Shown here piece by piece: positions 12,414-28,180 of a stretch of DNA of 45,227 nt (its first letter is position 1; the number at the start of each line of letters is the position of its first letter). The stretch spans positions 1-45,227 of the forward strand of contig NZAF01000182.1 of assembly GCA_002686115.1 (NCBI GenBank), given 5' to 3'. The translations under genes were made by a program, and so were the position numbers. This DNA comes from Halobacteriovorax sp. (GTDB lineage Bacteria; Bdellovibrionota; Bacteriovoracia; Bacteriovoracales; Bacteriovoracaceae). The notes under the pieces are model-generated. The model worked only from the letters and a program-made list of their open reading frames with translations. It was not told the origin of the DNA and did not search any database.

Positions 12414-13847
12414 TTATTTTACTTGAATATCTTTAAATAATAATAATATATCTTTATTATCCTTTAAAGTTAAACCAGATTCATATAAAAAAGTACCGTA
12501 ATCAGAATTAACAGGTAAACCATCAAAAGCTAATAATAAACCGGCATAAAATAATAATAAACCAAAAGTAATAGGTAAAAATATTTTCCAACCAATACTC
12601 ATTAATTGGTTATAACGATATCTTGGTAATGTGGCACGAACCCATACATATGAAAAAGCAATAAAAGTTATTTTAATAAAAAACCAAAAACTTTCTACAA
12701 GTTCAAAATGTAAAATTACAGGAGGTAACCAACCACCAAAAAAGAAAATAACCATAATTGCAGCCATTAATAACATACTTGAATATTCACCTAAAAAGAA
12801 CATAGCGAAAATAATAGATGAGTACTCTGTATTATAACCTGAAACTAATTCCGCTTCTGCTTCTGGTAAATCAAAAGGAGCTCTGTTTGTTTCAGCTAAC
12901 ATAGATACAAAAAATATAATAACTAATGGAAATAATGGAAAACAATACCATACAGTATCTTGCTTAAATACAATTTCACGTAAATTATAAGTTCCGGAAA
13001 ATAAAGCAACAATTACCATAATGAAACCTAATGAAACTTCATATGAAATCATTTGCGCCGCAGAACGTAAGCCACCTAAAAAAGCATACTTAGAGTTACT
13101 TGACCAACCAGCTAATAAAACACCGTAAACACCTAATGATGATACGGCGAATACGTATAATGCAGATAACTTAGGATCCGCAAAAACAACATCTGATGAC
13201 CAAGGTATAACACACCAACCCATTAAACTCATTAAAAATGTGTATAATGGTGAACCTATAAAAATTTTAATACTAGCACGTCTTGGTACAATAATTTCTT
13301 TAGCTAATAACTTTAAACCATCAGCTAAAGGTTGTAAAAGACCCCAAAAACCTACAACATTAGGACCTTTACGACGTTGCATAGAAGCCATAGCTTTACG
13401 CTCTAATAAAGTAAAGTAAGCTACAGCAATTAATAAACCAATAATTAAAAAAAGACTAGATAAAACATAATGAACAATAAAACTAATTAAATAGTTAAAG
13501 TTATTTTCTTTTTCTAGTAACTCTAAAATAATATAATTGTTTAAAGACTCTTTATTAAATTCTAAATTTGTGATTAACTCTTGAAGCATAGATTTATCAA
13601 TTACTTTGGTAAAGTATAAAGAAATTAACTCTTCATACTCATATTTAAACATTTCTAAATCAATATAATCATAATTCTCAACTTGGATAACATTAATAAA
13701 ATTATCCTTTGAATAAGCTGAGCTAAAACTTAATAAATTTCTTTTCTTTTCTAAACTGTTAGATAACCAACCAATATATGAAAAACTACTAATAACAAAT
13801 AAAAAAATATAAATAATTTTTTTAATACTTAATTTTTGTAAAAACAT
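12414..13847 (-). CDS. nad1: NADH dehydrogenase subunit 1 with about 120-aa N-terminal extension
   Basis: [57 protein letters not shown]. Confidence 0.97.
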   Translation of the reverse strand: MFLQKLSIKKIIYIFLFVISSFSYIGWLSNSLEKKRNLLSFSSAYSKDNFINVIQVENYDYIDLEMFKYEYEELISLYFTKVIDKSMLQELITNLEFNKESLNNYIILELLEKENNFNYLISFIVHYVLSSLFLIIGLLIAVAYFTLLERKAMASMQRRKGPNVVGFWGLLQPLADGLKLLAKEIIVPRRASIKIFIGSPLYTFLMSLMGWCVIPWSSDVVFADPKLSALYVFAVSSLGVYGVLLAGWSSNSKYAFLGGLRSAAQMISYEVSLGFIMVIVALFSGTYNLREIVFKQDTVWYCFPLFPLVIIFFVSMLAETNRAPFDLPEAEAELVSGYNTEYSSIIFAMFFLGEYSSMLLMAAIMVIFFFGGWLPPVILHFELVESFWFFIKITFIAFSYVWVRATLPRYRYNQLMSIGWKIFLPITFGLLLFYAGLLLAFDGLPVNSDYGTFLYESGLTLKDNKDILLLFKDIQVK

Positions 13848-13870
13848 ATTAATAAAAATATACTAAACTA

Positions 13871-14806
13871 TTAGCTACCCCACCAATAAATAGATATAAA
13901 TAAGAATAACCAAACAACATCAACAAAATGCCAATACCAAGCAGCTGCTTCAAAACCAAAATGGTGAGTATTAGTAAAATGGTAATTTAAATGTCTCCAT
14001 AAACAAACTGCTAAAAATAAAGTACCAATAATTACATGGAAACCATGGAAACCAGTAGCTAAATAGAAAACAGAACCGTAAACAGTATCTTTAATAGTAA
14101 AAAACGCATGAGCATACTCATAAGCTTGGAAGAATGAAAAAATACCACCTAATAATACAGTTAATAATAAACCATCAGTAACTTCAGAACGATTACCTGC
14201 AACTAATGCATGATGAGCCCAAGTAATACTAGCACCCGAAGTTAATAAAATAACAGTATTTAATAATGGAATTTTCCAAGGGTCAAAAGGAATAATACCT
14301 TTAGGAGGCCACACGGCACCAATTTCAATATTAGGAGATAAACTCGAGTGAAAAAATGCCCAAAATAAACCAAAAAAGAACATTACTTCAGAAACAATAA
14401 ATAAGATCATACCGTAACGTAAACCACGTTGTACCATTTTAGTATGATGACCTTCATAAGTACCTTCTACGATTACATCCCAAAACCAAGCACCCATAAT
14501 TACAATAAAAAATAAGCTCATAATTTTGTGAATAAAAATAGTAGCTGAACAAGATACAAATGACTCTAAAAACATAGTAATTAAACTACTTTTACAAATA
14601 AATGCTAAAAAAGCAGAATCACTTGACGCAGATAGTTGACCTGCTAACTCTAATTTACCATGATTCATACCATAAGTTACGAAAACTAAAATGAAATATA
14701 GTAAATTAAATGAAAATAACATAGGCCAACCACTAGGTTTTACTAGATGAAAAGGGTGTTTTAATTTTAAATTAGTCCATAATTGATTTCTTTGTATAAT
14801 ATCCAT
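13871..14806 (-). CDS. cox3: Cytochrome c oxidase subunit 3
   Basis: [43 protein letters not shown]. Confidence 0.98.
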   Translation of the reverse strand: MDIIQRNQLWTNLKLKHPFHLVKPSGWPMLFSFNLLYFILVFVTYGMNHGKLELAGQLSASSDSAFLAFICKSSLITMFLESFVSCSATIFIHKIMSLFFIVIMGAWFWDVIVEGTYEGHHTKMVQRGLRYGMILFIVSEVMFFFGLFWAFFHSSLSPNIEIGAVWPPKGIIPFDPWKIPLLNTVILLTSGASITWAHHALVAGNRSEVTDGLLLTVLLGGIFSFFQAYEYAHAFFTIKDTVYGSVFYLATGFHGFHVIIGTLFLAVCLWRHLNYHFTNTHHFGFEAAAWYWHFVDVVWLFLFISIYWWGS

Positions 14807-14826
14807 AAACTATAAATAATTATATA

Positions 14827-16536
<1,710 letters not shown>

Positions 16537-16548
16537 TTAAAAATAAAA

Positions 16549-18237
16549 TTATTGCTCAATGAAACTAGCTAATAATACATCACGTTTATCTTTGTTTAAG
16601 AAAATTGCTAAAATATTAGTTAAGAAAGTATCTAATTGATCTTCAATCTCAGGAGTTAATGATTTTTCAGCAGATAAATTTAAAATAATTTTTTCAGCGA
16701 TTGCACTTTCACAACATACTAAAATAACTTTTTGGAAATTCTCTACTAAAGAAACATCTAAACGATCTAAGTAACCACGCATACCAGCATAAATTAATAC
16801 TACTTGATATTCTAAAGGTAATGGATCGTACTGACCTTGTTTTAATAATTCAATTAAACGTACACCTCTATTTAAAACACCTTGAGTAGTAGCATCTAAA
16901 TCAGAACCAAACTGAGCAAAAGCTTCTACTTCACGGAATTGAGCTAACTCTAATTTTAAAGAACCTGCAATCATTTTCATAGCTTTTACTTGAGCAGCAG
17001 AACCTACACGACTTACAGATAAACCTACATTAATAGCTGGACGAATACCTCTATAAAATAACTCAGACTCTAAGAAAATTTGACCATCAGTAATAGAAAT
17101 TACATTAGTAGGAATATAAGCAGAAACGTCACCCGCTTGAGTTTCAATAATTGGTAATGCAGTTAATGAACCACCACCTAATTTATCATTCATTTTCGCA
17201 GCACGCTCTAATAAACGAGAGTGTAAATAGAAAACGTCACCAGGATAAGCTTCACGGCCAGGTGGTCTTCTTAATAATAACGACATTTGACGATAAGCTA
17301 CTGCTTGTTTACTTAAATCATCATAAACTACTAAAGCATGCATACCGTTATCTCTAAACCACTCACCTAAACTACAACCAGAGTAAGGAGCTAAAAATTG
17401 TAATGGAGCTGAATCTGATGCAGTTGATGATACAATTGCAGTATAGTTAAAAGCTTTCATACTATTTAACGCAGTTACAATTTGAGCAACAGTAGAACGT
17501 TTTTGACCTACGGCAACATAAATACAGTATAATTTTTGAGAACCAGTACCTTTTTCTTCAATATCTAATTGATTTACAAACGATTGATTAATAATAGTGT
17601 CAATAGTAATCGCAGTTTTACCAGTTTGTCTATCACCAATAACTAACTCACGTTGACCACGACCTACTGGTACCATACTATCTACAGCTTTTAAACCAGT
17701 TTGCATAGGTTCACTAACCGATTGTCTTGGCATAATACCTGGAGCTTTTACTTCAACACGACGTTTTTCTAAAGTAGAAGCATCTAATACACGACCATCT
17801 AATGGGTTACCTAAAGCATCTACAACACGACCTAATAAAGAACGACCTACAGAAATATCTACAATTTTTTCAGTACCTAATACATAGTTACCTTGTTGTA
17901 CTTCACGATCATTACCAAAAACTACAACACCAACAATATCTTTCTCTAAATTTAACGCCATACCTTTAATCTCACTTGGAAAAAATACAACTAACTCACC
18001 AGCACGAACAGCCTCTAAACCACGTACACGAGCAATACCATCACCAACAGAAACTACAACACCAATATCATTAAAGTTTTCGCTATCAGATAACTCTAAA
18101 TCTAAGAAACTACCAGACTTGTTAGAAACAAAGGCTACTTCATTTTTTAACATAACATTACTTAACACATTTTTTTTAACACCTAAAAAAGAAGATACAT
18201 TTAATAAACCTGAATTTGAATTAACAACTTTTAACAT
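16549..18237 (-). CDS. atp1: ATP synthase F1 alpha subunit (ATG 18237; track start TTG 18243)
   Basis: VGDGIARV, Walker [33 protein letters not shown]. Confidence 0.98.
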   Translation of the reverse strand: MLKVVNSNSGLLNVSSFLGVKKNVLSNVMLKNEVAFVSNKSGSFLDLELSDSENFNDIGVVVSVGDGIARVRGLEAVRAGELVVFFPSEIKGMALNLEKDIVGVVVFGNDREVQQGNYVLGTEKIVDISVGRSLLGRVVDALGNPLDGRVLDASTLEKRRVEVKAPGIMPRQSVSEPMQTGLKAVDSMVPVGRGQRELVIGDRQTGKTAITIDTIINQSFVNQLDIEEKGTGSQKLYCIYVAVGQKRSTVAQIVTALNSMKAFNYTAIVSSTASDSAPLQFLAPYSGCSLGEWFRDNGMHALVVYDDLSKQAVAYRQMSLLLRRPPGREAYPGDVFYLHSRLLERAAKMNDKLGGGSLTALPIIETQAGDVSAYIPTNVISITDGQIFLESELFYRGIRPAINVGLSVSRVGSAAQVKAMKMIAGSLKLELAQFREVEAFAQFGSDLDATTQGVLNRGVRLIELLKQGQYDPLPLEYQVVLIYAGMRGYLDRLDVSLVENFQKVILVCCESAIAEKIILNLSAEKSLTPEIEDQLDTFLTNILAIFLNKDKRDVLLASFIEQ

Positions 18238-18289
18238 AAACAAAAATAAACATAAGTATATTTTTTAAAAATTTCAAAAACATAAAAGC

Positions 18290-18318
18290 GTTATATACTG
18301 ATAAACACAGTATATAAC
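18290..18318. other. Perfect 11-bp intergenic hairpin between atp9 and atp1
   Basis: GTTATATACTG-ataaaca-CAGTATATAAC. Confidence 0.6.
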
Positions 18319-18377
18319 TAAAAACTACTATAAATTAACTAAATTATATAAATTTTAGTAAACTTTTCTAGATTAAA

Positions 18378-18605
18378 CTAGAAAGCAAATAAAATTAAGA
18401 AAGTTACCATTAAACCGAATAACGCAATCGCCTCAGTTAACGCGAAACCTAAAATAGCATAAATAAATAATTGTTTTAATAAATAAGGATTTCTAGCATA
18501 AGCTAACATTAAACCCGCAAATACTACACCAATACCAACACCGGCACCACTTAAAGAAATTGCTGCTGCACCACCACCTACTAATTTTAATACCTCTAAA
18601 CCCAT
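18378..18605 (-). CDS. atp9: ATP synthase subunit 9 (c)
   Basis: [25 protein letters not shown]. Confidence 0.98.
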   Translation of the reverse strand: MGLEVLKLVGGGAAAISLSGAGVGIGVVFAGLMLAYARNPYLLKQLFIYAILGFALTEAIALFGLMVTFLILFAF

Positions 18606-18889
18606 AGAATTAATTTTAAGTGATATTATTCACAAACATTTATTGTATTTTATAAAAATATAAAATACATTTTATTCAACTTAAGATGAATAAATAAAAC
18701 AAAAACTAATTAGAATATTTATAATTACAAAAATAATTTAATTAATTTTTTAAAAAGAAACTTAGTAATAATTAAATAATAAATAATTTTAAAACTATTT
18801 TTTTTATATTTATATAATTTATAATCCATTATTATGTATTGTACATATAAATATATATTACTAAGTAAAGAAAGTAAAAATTTTATTGA

Positions 18890-21580
<2,691 letters not shown>

Positions 21581-21608
21581 AAATAAAAATAAAAAAACTG
21601 TAAAAAAC

Positions 21609-23666
21609 TTAGTTTTTTACAATAAGACCACTACTTACGTAGAAGTCAAAGTCATTATAAAAAGCTGTACTTGCATAAGTATTGCCTGTATGTAATAAGA
21701 AAGGAGAATTTACTTGAAAGTCATACCACTCTTGATTTAAAAATGGATGAACTAACGAAGAAACAAAAGAATTAAACATATCACTTTCATAGAATACTGG
21801 TATATAATAAATTAAACTTAAATTTAAAATAATAATAACAGTGATCCAAAAATTAATTATGTTTTTTTGCCAATAAGTACCCAATAACGAATTTAATACA
21901 GGTTTATCATATAAACTACCTTTTCTATATGAAAATGAAGTTACAGCAATTAACCTAATGTAGTTATAACCTGTTAATAATGAAAATAATATAACTAATA
22001 AAAAAAAGAAAAAGCCTACAAACTGGTACGCAGTCTCAATATTAAAAGATAAATTAATACCTACAACAGAGTAAAATAACTCAATTAAATAATTTTTAAA
22101 CACGTAAAGCTTAATAATAAATCCAGGAAATGGAGGTAAACCTGCCATTGAAAATAAGAAAAAAACTAATATTAACTGAATAGTTAAAGGTAATTTCTGT
22201 AAATCTGAAAAATATTTGACTAAGCGATAATTAAAAATAAACTTACCTCCACGATTTTGGACAATTTGTGTAGGTGAAATAATAATAACAATTAAAAAAC
22301 TTAATAAAGTAAAAATATAAACACCAGTATATAAAATAGAAGATTTAAAACCATCAAAAGTCATTGAAGATAAACCTAATAATATAAAACCAGTATGTAC
22401 AATAGAACTATAAGCTAAGAAACGTTTTACTTCTACTTGCGCTAATGCTAACAAGCTACCAACAAAAATTGAAAAAATAGCCGATAAGTAAATAACGATA
22501 GTAAAAATTTGAGTAAATTGCATATAAAAAAAAGTATGCATTACTAATCTAAAAAATACAGCAAAAAAACTAATTCTTACTATAGTCGCAAAAAAAGTAG
22601 TTACCCACATAGGTGCACCCTGATAAACATCACCAATCCAAAAGTGATAAGGCACTGAACCTAATTTCATTAAAAATACGATTATAATAGCTAAAGACGA
22701 CACTAATAAAATCATATCTAAACTACCTAAAGAGTTTGGCTTATAATCTAGAACAAGCTGAGAAATAACTTCACGAATAGTAAAAAGATCCATAGAGCCA
22801 GTTACAAAATAAATAGCCGCTGCAGAAATACCAAAAATACAAGAAAACACTGCACTTGTTAAAAAATATTTTAAACCTGATTCAATAGATAACCTATTAG
22901 TGGTATGTAAACCTGCTAAAATATATAAACATAAAGTCGCACCTTCTAAAGATACAAAAAACGATAATAAATTATAAGATTGCACTAACCAAAATAAAAA
23001 AAATAATGTAATAGGTAACATTATTAAAAAATTTTTAGTAAATATAGCACGATCTGTAAGCTCTAAAGTTTTTACTTTAATATAAGATGCTCTATAAGTG
23101 TTGTCATCACCATACGAAAGAAATGTGAATATTAAAAATAACATAACGCAAACGCTTAAAAAAGCCTGTACACCAAAACTAAAATGATCAAATATAACCA
23201 TATTTGATGAATCAGTTAAAGAACAAGCATAAGTATAAGGATCTTCCGAACCATAACCCCTTGGGATTGAGGTAACAAAATATTTACTATCATAAAACTG
23301 ACCTGAGCCTACTTGTTTTAATTTCCAAATATTCGCTACAGAAGCAAATAAAGAAAATGCAGCAGTAGCCACAATACCCGCGTTTGCCCAAAAAATATCT
23401 CTCGAAGTATTCCAAACCATTAAACGAGTTTTTTCTTTATGTGTACGAAATGAAAATAATAATAAAATAGCAAAAAAACAAAACAACCAAGCATTCGCAC
23501 CAAAACTAACAAGTGCATTATAATAGTTATGTAAACTATTTGAAAAGAAATGAAGAGTATCCCCTGCATAACCTTCAAGAGTACCTGGAACTAAAACTAG
23601 ATGAAATGGTTTATTACATAAATTTCTAAATAAACCTTTTACATTTTTTATTTCCGATAACCTCAT
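21609..23666 (-). CDS. nad2: NADH dehydrogenase subunit 2 with long N-terminal extension (685 aa)
   Basis: SIESGLKYF, KLGSVPYHFWIGDVYQGAP, KRFLAYSSIVHTG, SMAGLPPFPGF. Confidence 0.95.
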   Translation of the reverse strand: MRLSEIKNVKGLFRNLCNKPFHLVLVPGTLEGYAGDTLHFFSNSLHNYYNALVSFGANAWLFCFFAILLLFSFRTHKEKTRLMVWNTSRDIFWANAGIVATAAFSLFASVANIWKLKQVGSGQFYDSKYFVTSIPRGYGSEDPYTYACSLTDSSNMVIFDHFSFGVQAFLSVCVMLFLIFTFLSYGDDNTYRASYIKVKTLELTDRAIFTKNFLIMLPITLFFLFWLVQSYNLLSFFVSLEGATLCLYILAGLHTTNRLSIESGLKYFLTSAVFSCIFGISAAAIYFVTGSMDLFTIREVISQLVLDYKPNSLGSLDMILLVSSLAIIIVFLMKLGSVPYHFWIGDVYQGAPMWVTTFFATIVRISFFAVFFRLVMHTFFYMQFTQIFTIVIYLSAIFSIFVGSLLALAQVEVKRFLAYSSIVHTGFILLGLSSMTFDGFKSSILYTGVYIFTLLSFLIVIIISPTQIVQNRGGKFIFNYRLVKYFSDLQKLPLTIQLILVFFLFSMAGLPPFPGFIIKLYVFKNYLIELFYSVVGINLSFNIETAYQFVGFFFFLLVILFSLLTGYNYIRLIAVTSFSYRKGSLYDKPVLNSLLGTYWQKNIINFWITVIIILNLSLIYYIPVFYESDMFNSFVSSLVHPFLNQEWYDFQVNSPFLLHTGNTYASTAFYNDFDFYVSSGLIVKN

Positions 23667-23686
23667 CGATTTTAAAGAATAATTAT

Positions 23687-23759
23687 TAGCGGGAGCTGGA
23701 TTCGAACCAACAATTCCCGGGTCATGAGCCCGATGGGCTAACCACTACCCTATCCCGCG
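23687..23759 (-). tRNA. trnM: Initiator tRNA-fMet(CAU)
   Basis: C1/U72 mismatch, GGG/CCC anticodon stem, loop CTCATGA. Confidence 0.93.
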
Positions 23760-23846
23760 AATACACACTTAAAAATTAAACTAAGAAATAATAGTGTATA
23801 GATAACTTTAATTTACCTATAACACTAAAAATAAACAAAGCTTAAC

Positions 23847-24200
23847 TTAACCTCGTAAATTACTTAAGTAACGTAAGCTAATACTTTTATTAATTCTATA
23901 AAAATTAACAAGTAAAGCTAAACCAATAGCGGTTTCCGCTGCTGCAATAGATAACACTGCAATAGCAAAAACAAGTGCTATGGGGTTCTGAGTATATAAA
24001 TAATTACTTAAAAAGCAAATACCTACACCTAACCACATTAACTCAACACACATTAAATAAATAATTACACGCTCTAAGCTATAAATAATACCAAATAAAC
24101 CAATAAGGAATAAAGAAAACCCTAAAATGAATAAGAAATTTATGTTTAAACTTAAATTACCAAAAATATATAATTTACTTAATACATTTAAAAACTCCAT
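23847..24200 (-). CDS. nad4L: NADH dehydrogenase subunit 4L
   Basis: LMCVELM, IAAAETAIGLAL, C-terminal NLRG. Confidence 0.96.
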   Translation of the reverse strand: MEFLNVLSKLYIFGNLSLNINFLFILGFSLFLIGLFGIIYSLERVIIYLMCVELMWLGVGICFLSNYLYTQNPIALVFAIAVLSIAAAETAIGLALLVNFYRINKSISLRYLSNLRG

Positions 24201-24339
24201 ATTTAATATATCTTATTAAATAAATAAAAATGTTAACTTAATGAACAAAAAAGTAAACTCCAAAAAGGTTTAAAAAAACCTTTTTAGCTGGCTTTACTTT
24301 TAAAACTACAAAATGAATAATTTAATTTATTATATTATA

Positions 24340-25848
24340 TTTTACTTTTCTCCAGCTACAGGTTCCCCTACAGCTACCATGTTACGACTTCGCACCAATA
24401 ACTAATCCCAGCATCGCCCCTATTATTATAATAATTTTTCAATTACTATAAATAAAAACAAAGCTTCAACTGAAACTAACTTTCAGCGCGTGACGGGCGG
24501 TATGTACTGAATTTGATTACTCTTTCACCGTGACGTTCTGATTCACGATTACTGACGATTCCACCTTCATGTTCTCGAGTTGCAGAGAACAATCCATATT
24601 ACGAGGAAATTTATAGATTTGCTCAAACTCACGTTATCGCTTCTTTTTGTTATCCCCATTGTAGCACATCTGTAGCCCAGTTCATAAGGGTCATGAGGAC
24701 TTGGCGTAATCCTTTCTTTCATTTGACGTTTAATAATAAAACATCAACTATATCTTTAAAGTACTTTTTGTTTTTAGATAAGAAAAACCTAGCAATTAAA
24801 GAAAAGGGTCTCGCTTATTTTAGGAATTAACCTAAAGTCTCACGATATAACCTGACGACAGCCATGCAACCCTGTATACTTTTTTATATGATTAAATATA
24901 AAATTTGACGTACATGTCAAGAACTGGTAAGGTTTTGCGCGGATCATCGCATTAAACAACATGCTCCACCGTGTGGACAAATCCCCGTCAGATCTTTTAA
25001 GTTTCAACCTTGCGATCGTACTTCCCAGGCGGAATGTTTACCGTGTTAACTAAAATGCTGAGATAAGTACCCCAACATTGAACATTCATCGTTTACGGTA
25101 TGGACTAACAGGGTCCCTAATCCTGCTTGCTACCCACACTTCCGTGCCTCAATGTCAGTTTAGATCCAGATAGTAGCCTTCGCCATATAAGATTCCTTTT
25201 AAGATCAAATAAATGCAAGCTTTATCTTTAAAAATTCCACTATCCTCTCTCTAACTCTAAGTCCGTAAATATTACATGCACACTAATATTTCAATTTAGT
25301 TTTTAACAATAAATTTATCGGACCACCTACGCACCCTTCACGCCCAATAATGATGAATAACGCTGGCCCCCCCAGTATTACCGCGGCTGCTGGCACTGTG
25401 TTAGTTTGCCGGGACTTCCTACTGCAAATCATATCATTATTAATTTATTGCTGAAAGAGTTTTACAACTTGACAACTGTCTGTTCACTCATGAAATATTG
25501 CTGGATCAAGCTTGCGCTCATTGTCCAAGATTCCACACTGCTGCCTCATCTAAAAAAGTTTGGACCTTGTCTCAGTTCCAATGTGGCTGATCATCCTTTC
25601 AGACCAGCTAAAGATCGACGGCTTGGTAAGCCATTACCCCACCAACTACCTAATCTTGTACGAGCTCATCTAGAAGCGAAATCAATCTTTTGAATATCTG
25701 GAATTTCTAATGCCAGTCTTCTAGGTAGATTCTCGTATATTACTCACCCGTTCGCTACAAAATAAATTTTAATTTTATTTCGTTCAACTTGCATGTGTTA
25801 AGCATATTTCTAGCGTTCATTCTGAGCCAGGATCGAACTCAATATTAA
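24340..25848 (-). rRNA. rns: Small subunit rRNA (ends approximate)
   Basis: GAGTTCGATCCTGGCTCAG near 25840, GTGCCAGCAGCCGCGGTAA, and GAAGTCGTAACATGGTAGC near 24380. Confidence 0.98.
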
Positions 25849-26051
25849 ATTTTTCGAAAAATACAATTTTTCAAAACAACTTGAAGACACTCAAATTTTA
25901 TTAGTTTTTAATTTTTTAATTAATATCTAAGCTAACTTTTGGTTAATTATATAAATTTTTAATATTTATATAATAATACTATATAACCAATAAATCTAAA
26001 AAAATAAAAAAAAAGGAATTTATCCTTTAATAGTAAGAAAATAGAAAACTT

Positions 26052-27221
26052 TTAAATATCTTTCAAAGAAATAATTTTATCTTTAGTCCTACTTAATTGA
26101 TCAGAATGATATTGTTTTTTTACACCTGAACGTTCTCTAAAAGTTAATAAAATAGGAGCAACGATACTCACTAAAAGAACTAAACCTGACATAATAAAAG
26201 CAAATGAATATTTAGTATAAAAAACCATACCTAAATCCTCTAAATCATTTAATACAGGTCTTAAGTTAAAGTAACTTTCTAAAGAACTATCACGAACAAC
26301 CTCATTTAATCTCCAATAATATAAATTAGTTAGTAAACTAGAATTATAACTTTTAAAGAAAATAAAAAATAAACTTAAAAATAAAAAAAATAAAAAAAAA
26401 TTAAATAAGCCGGATTTTTTTAACTTATACTCAGGTATTTTTTCAAATTTTAACATCATAATAACAAATAAAAATAAAACTGCAATAGCACCTACATAAA
26501 TAATAACATATAATAAAGCAAATAACTCTAAACCATAAGCTAATAAAACAATACTTGAATATACATAAGTTGCAATTAAAAATAATAAAGAATTAATTGG
26601 ATTACGAGATAAAATTATACCAAAAGCATTTAATAAAAAAAAGCTATAAACAAAAAAAGAAACAACAGAATCAAAAGTTAAATTATAACTTTCAATACTA
26701 TAAAAATATACACTTTTTACAAAAAAAACAACATTAGTTTCTTCAGAAAAAAATGAAAAAAACATATTATTAACTATATTCACAAATGAATTATACTCGC
26801 CAATAATATAAGGGCAACCTATTTCCTCAAAAAATTGAGTTAATACTAAACTCATTCTTGAGATATATGATATATTAAACTCATTAAAAAACGATAAGTA
26901 TAAATAAAAATATACCATAATTGAAATTAAAATTAAACTACTTACTATATTTTCAACAATATGAATATAATTAAATAAGCTGTAATTTTTAAAAATAAAA
27001 TTACCAACACTTATTAAAATATATAAACCAATAAAAAATACAATAAATAGAATATTCAAACTAAATGATAAATCAAAAACTAAAACATTAATTAAACTTA
27101 ATAAAACTACAAAAATAGAATAAAAGTTTCGGAAATCATTTTTAGTTTTTAAAACATCACCTTTTAATGAAAATTCAAAATAATCAAAATTATTATTATT
27201 ATTAATATTATTATTTAACAT
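26052..27221 (-). CDS. nad6: NADH dehydrogenase subunit 6 with about 185-aa hydrophobic N-terminal extension
   Basis: SRNPINSLLFLI, YVGAIAVLFLFVIMML, LGMVFYTKY in the C-terminal half. Confidence 0.93.
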   Translation of the reverse strand: MLNNNINNNNNFDYFEFSLKGDVLKTKNDFRNFYSIFVVLLSLINVLVFDLSFSLNILFIVFFIGLYILISVGNFIFKNYSLFNYIHIVENIVSSLILISIMVYFYLYLSFFNEFNISYISRMSLVLTQFFEEIGCPYIIGEYNSFVNIVNNMFFSFFSEETNVVFFVKSVYFYSIESYNLTFDSVVSFFVYSFFLLNAFGIILSRNPINSLLFLIATYVYSSIVLLAYGLELFALLYVIIYVGAIAVLFLFVIMMLKFEKIPEYKLKKSGLFNFFLFFLFLSLFFIFFKSYNSSLLTNLYYWRLNEVVRDSSLESYFNLRPVLNDLEDLGMVFYTKYSFAFIMSGLVLLVSIVAPILLTFRERSGVKKQYHSDQLSRTKDKIISLKDI

Positions 27222-27240
27222 AGTTAAAAAAAATAATTAC

Positions 27241-27810
27241 TTAATTTACTTTTAAAGTAGAAAAAGTATCAAATGGAGATTTACACCAAGCATAAAAAGC
27301 CTCTAAATCTACAGCTTCAACAACAATAGGCATAAAAGCATGATTTACACCACAAATTTCAGAACATTGGCCATAAAAAAAACCCTCACGTTTTAAGAAT
27401 AAAGCAGTTTGATTTAAACGACCAGGACAAGCATCTAATTTAATACCTAACGAAGGCACGGTCCAACTATGAATTACGTCTAAAGATGTAATTAAAAAAC
27501 GAATCCAAGAACCATAAGGTAAAATAACATTATTATCAGTAGCTAATAACCTATAAAAACCGTTGCTTAAATCCTCAGTTTTTACCATATTACTAGTAAA
27601 TTGATAATTTTTAAAATAAAACACATTAGTATTATAAAAATCAACATTATAAAAACTTACTAATAAAAACATAACTAAACTGTTTAAACTGAATAAAACT
27701 AAAGCAGGTACAATTAAAATAGGAATTAAAAAATACTGACCTAGATGATAAGGTTTATTAACTTTAAATAAAAAACTAAAAATTGAAGAATTAATAAAAT
27801 AGTTTAACAA
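27241..27810 (-). CDS. cox2: Cox2 C-terminal CuA domain as a separate gene (cox2b); start uncertain (TTG 27810, ATG 27672 or 27588)
   Basis: [50 protein letters not shown] with all CuA ligands. In-frame TAG upstream at 27829-27831. Confidence 0.95.
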   Translation of the reverse strand: MLNYFINSSIFSFLFKVNKPYHLGQYFLIPILIVPALVLFSLNSLVMFLLVSFYNVDFYNTNVFYFKNYQFTSNMVKTEDLSNGFYRLLATDNNVILPYGSWIRFLITSLDVIHSWTVPSLGIKLDACPGRLNQTALFLKREGFFYGQCSEICGVNHAFMPIVVEAVDLEAFYAWCKSPFDTFSTLKVN

Positions 27811-27920
27811 AGTTAAAAAATATAAGAACTATTAATAAATAAATATTAAATAAACTAATAAAAATCTTTCTAGGTACAAAAAAATAACAAGCACTTAAAA
27901 TACTTGAAAATGAATACCAC

Positions 27921-27992
27921 TACCCAAAAGTGGAATTGAACCACTACACAAGGATTTTCAGTCCTTTGCTCTGCCAGTTGAGCTATTTGGAT
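27921..27992 (-). tRNA. trnF: tRNA-Phe(GAA)
   Basis: AAGGA-CTGAAAA-TCCTT anticodon arm, full cloverleaf. Confidence 0.94.
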
Positions 27993-27998
27993 TTTAAA

Positions 27999-28071
27999 CA
28001 AGTGGAGAGAGACTCGAACTCTCATCAATTGATTTTGGAGACCAACACTCTACCAATTAAGCTATCCACTC
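27999..28071 (-). tRNA. trnW: tRNA-Trp(CCA)
   Basis: TTGGT-CTCCAAA-ATCAA anticodon arm, acceptor GAGTGGA/TCCACTT. Confidence 0.94.
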
Positions 28072-28076
28072 TGTTA

Positions 28077-28148
28077 TAGCAAAAGAGGGAATCGAACCCC
28101 CGACACGTAGATTATGATTCTACTGTTCTACCACTGAACTACTTTGCC
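28077..28148 (-). tRNA. trnM: tRNA-Met(CAU), probably elongator
   Basis: GTAGA-ATCATAA-TCTAC arm; lacks initiator hallmarks. Confidence 0.85.
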
Positions 28149-28180
28149 ATATTTTATTATTTAATAAAATTTTTATAATT

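Noticed and set aside
25406-25693. 95-aa plus-strand ORF
   Set aside because: Antisense to the SSU rRNA.
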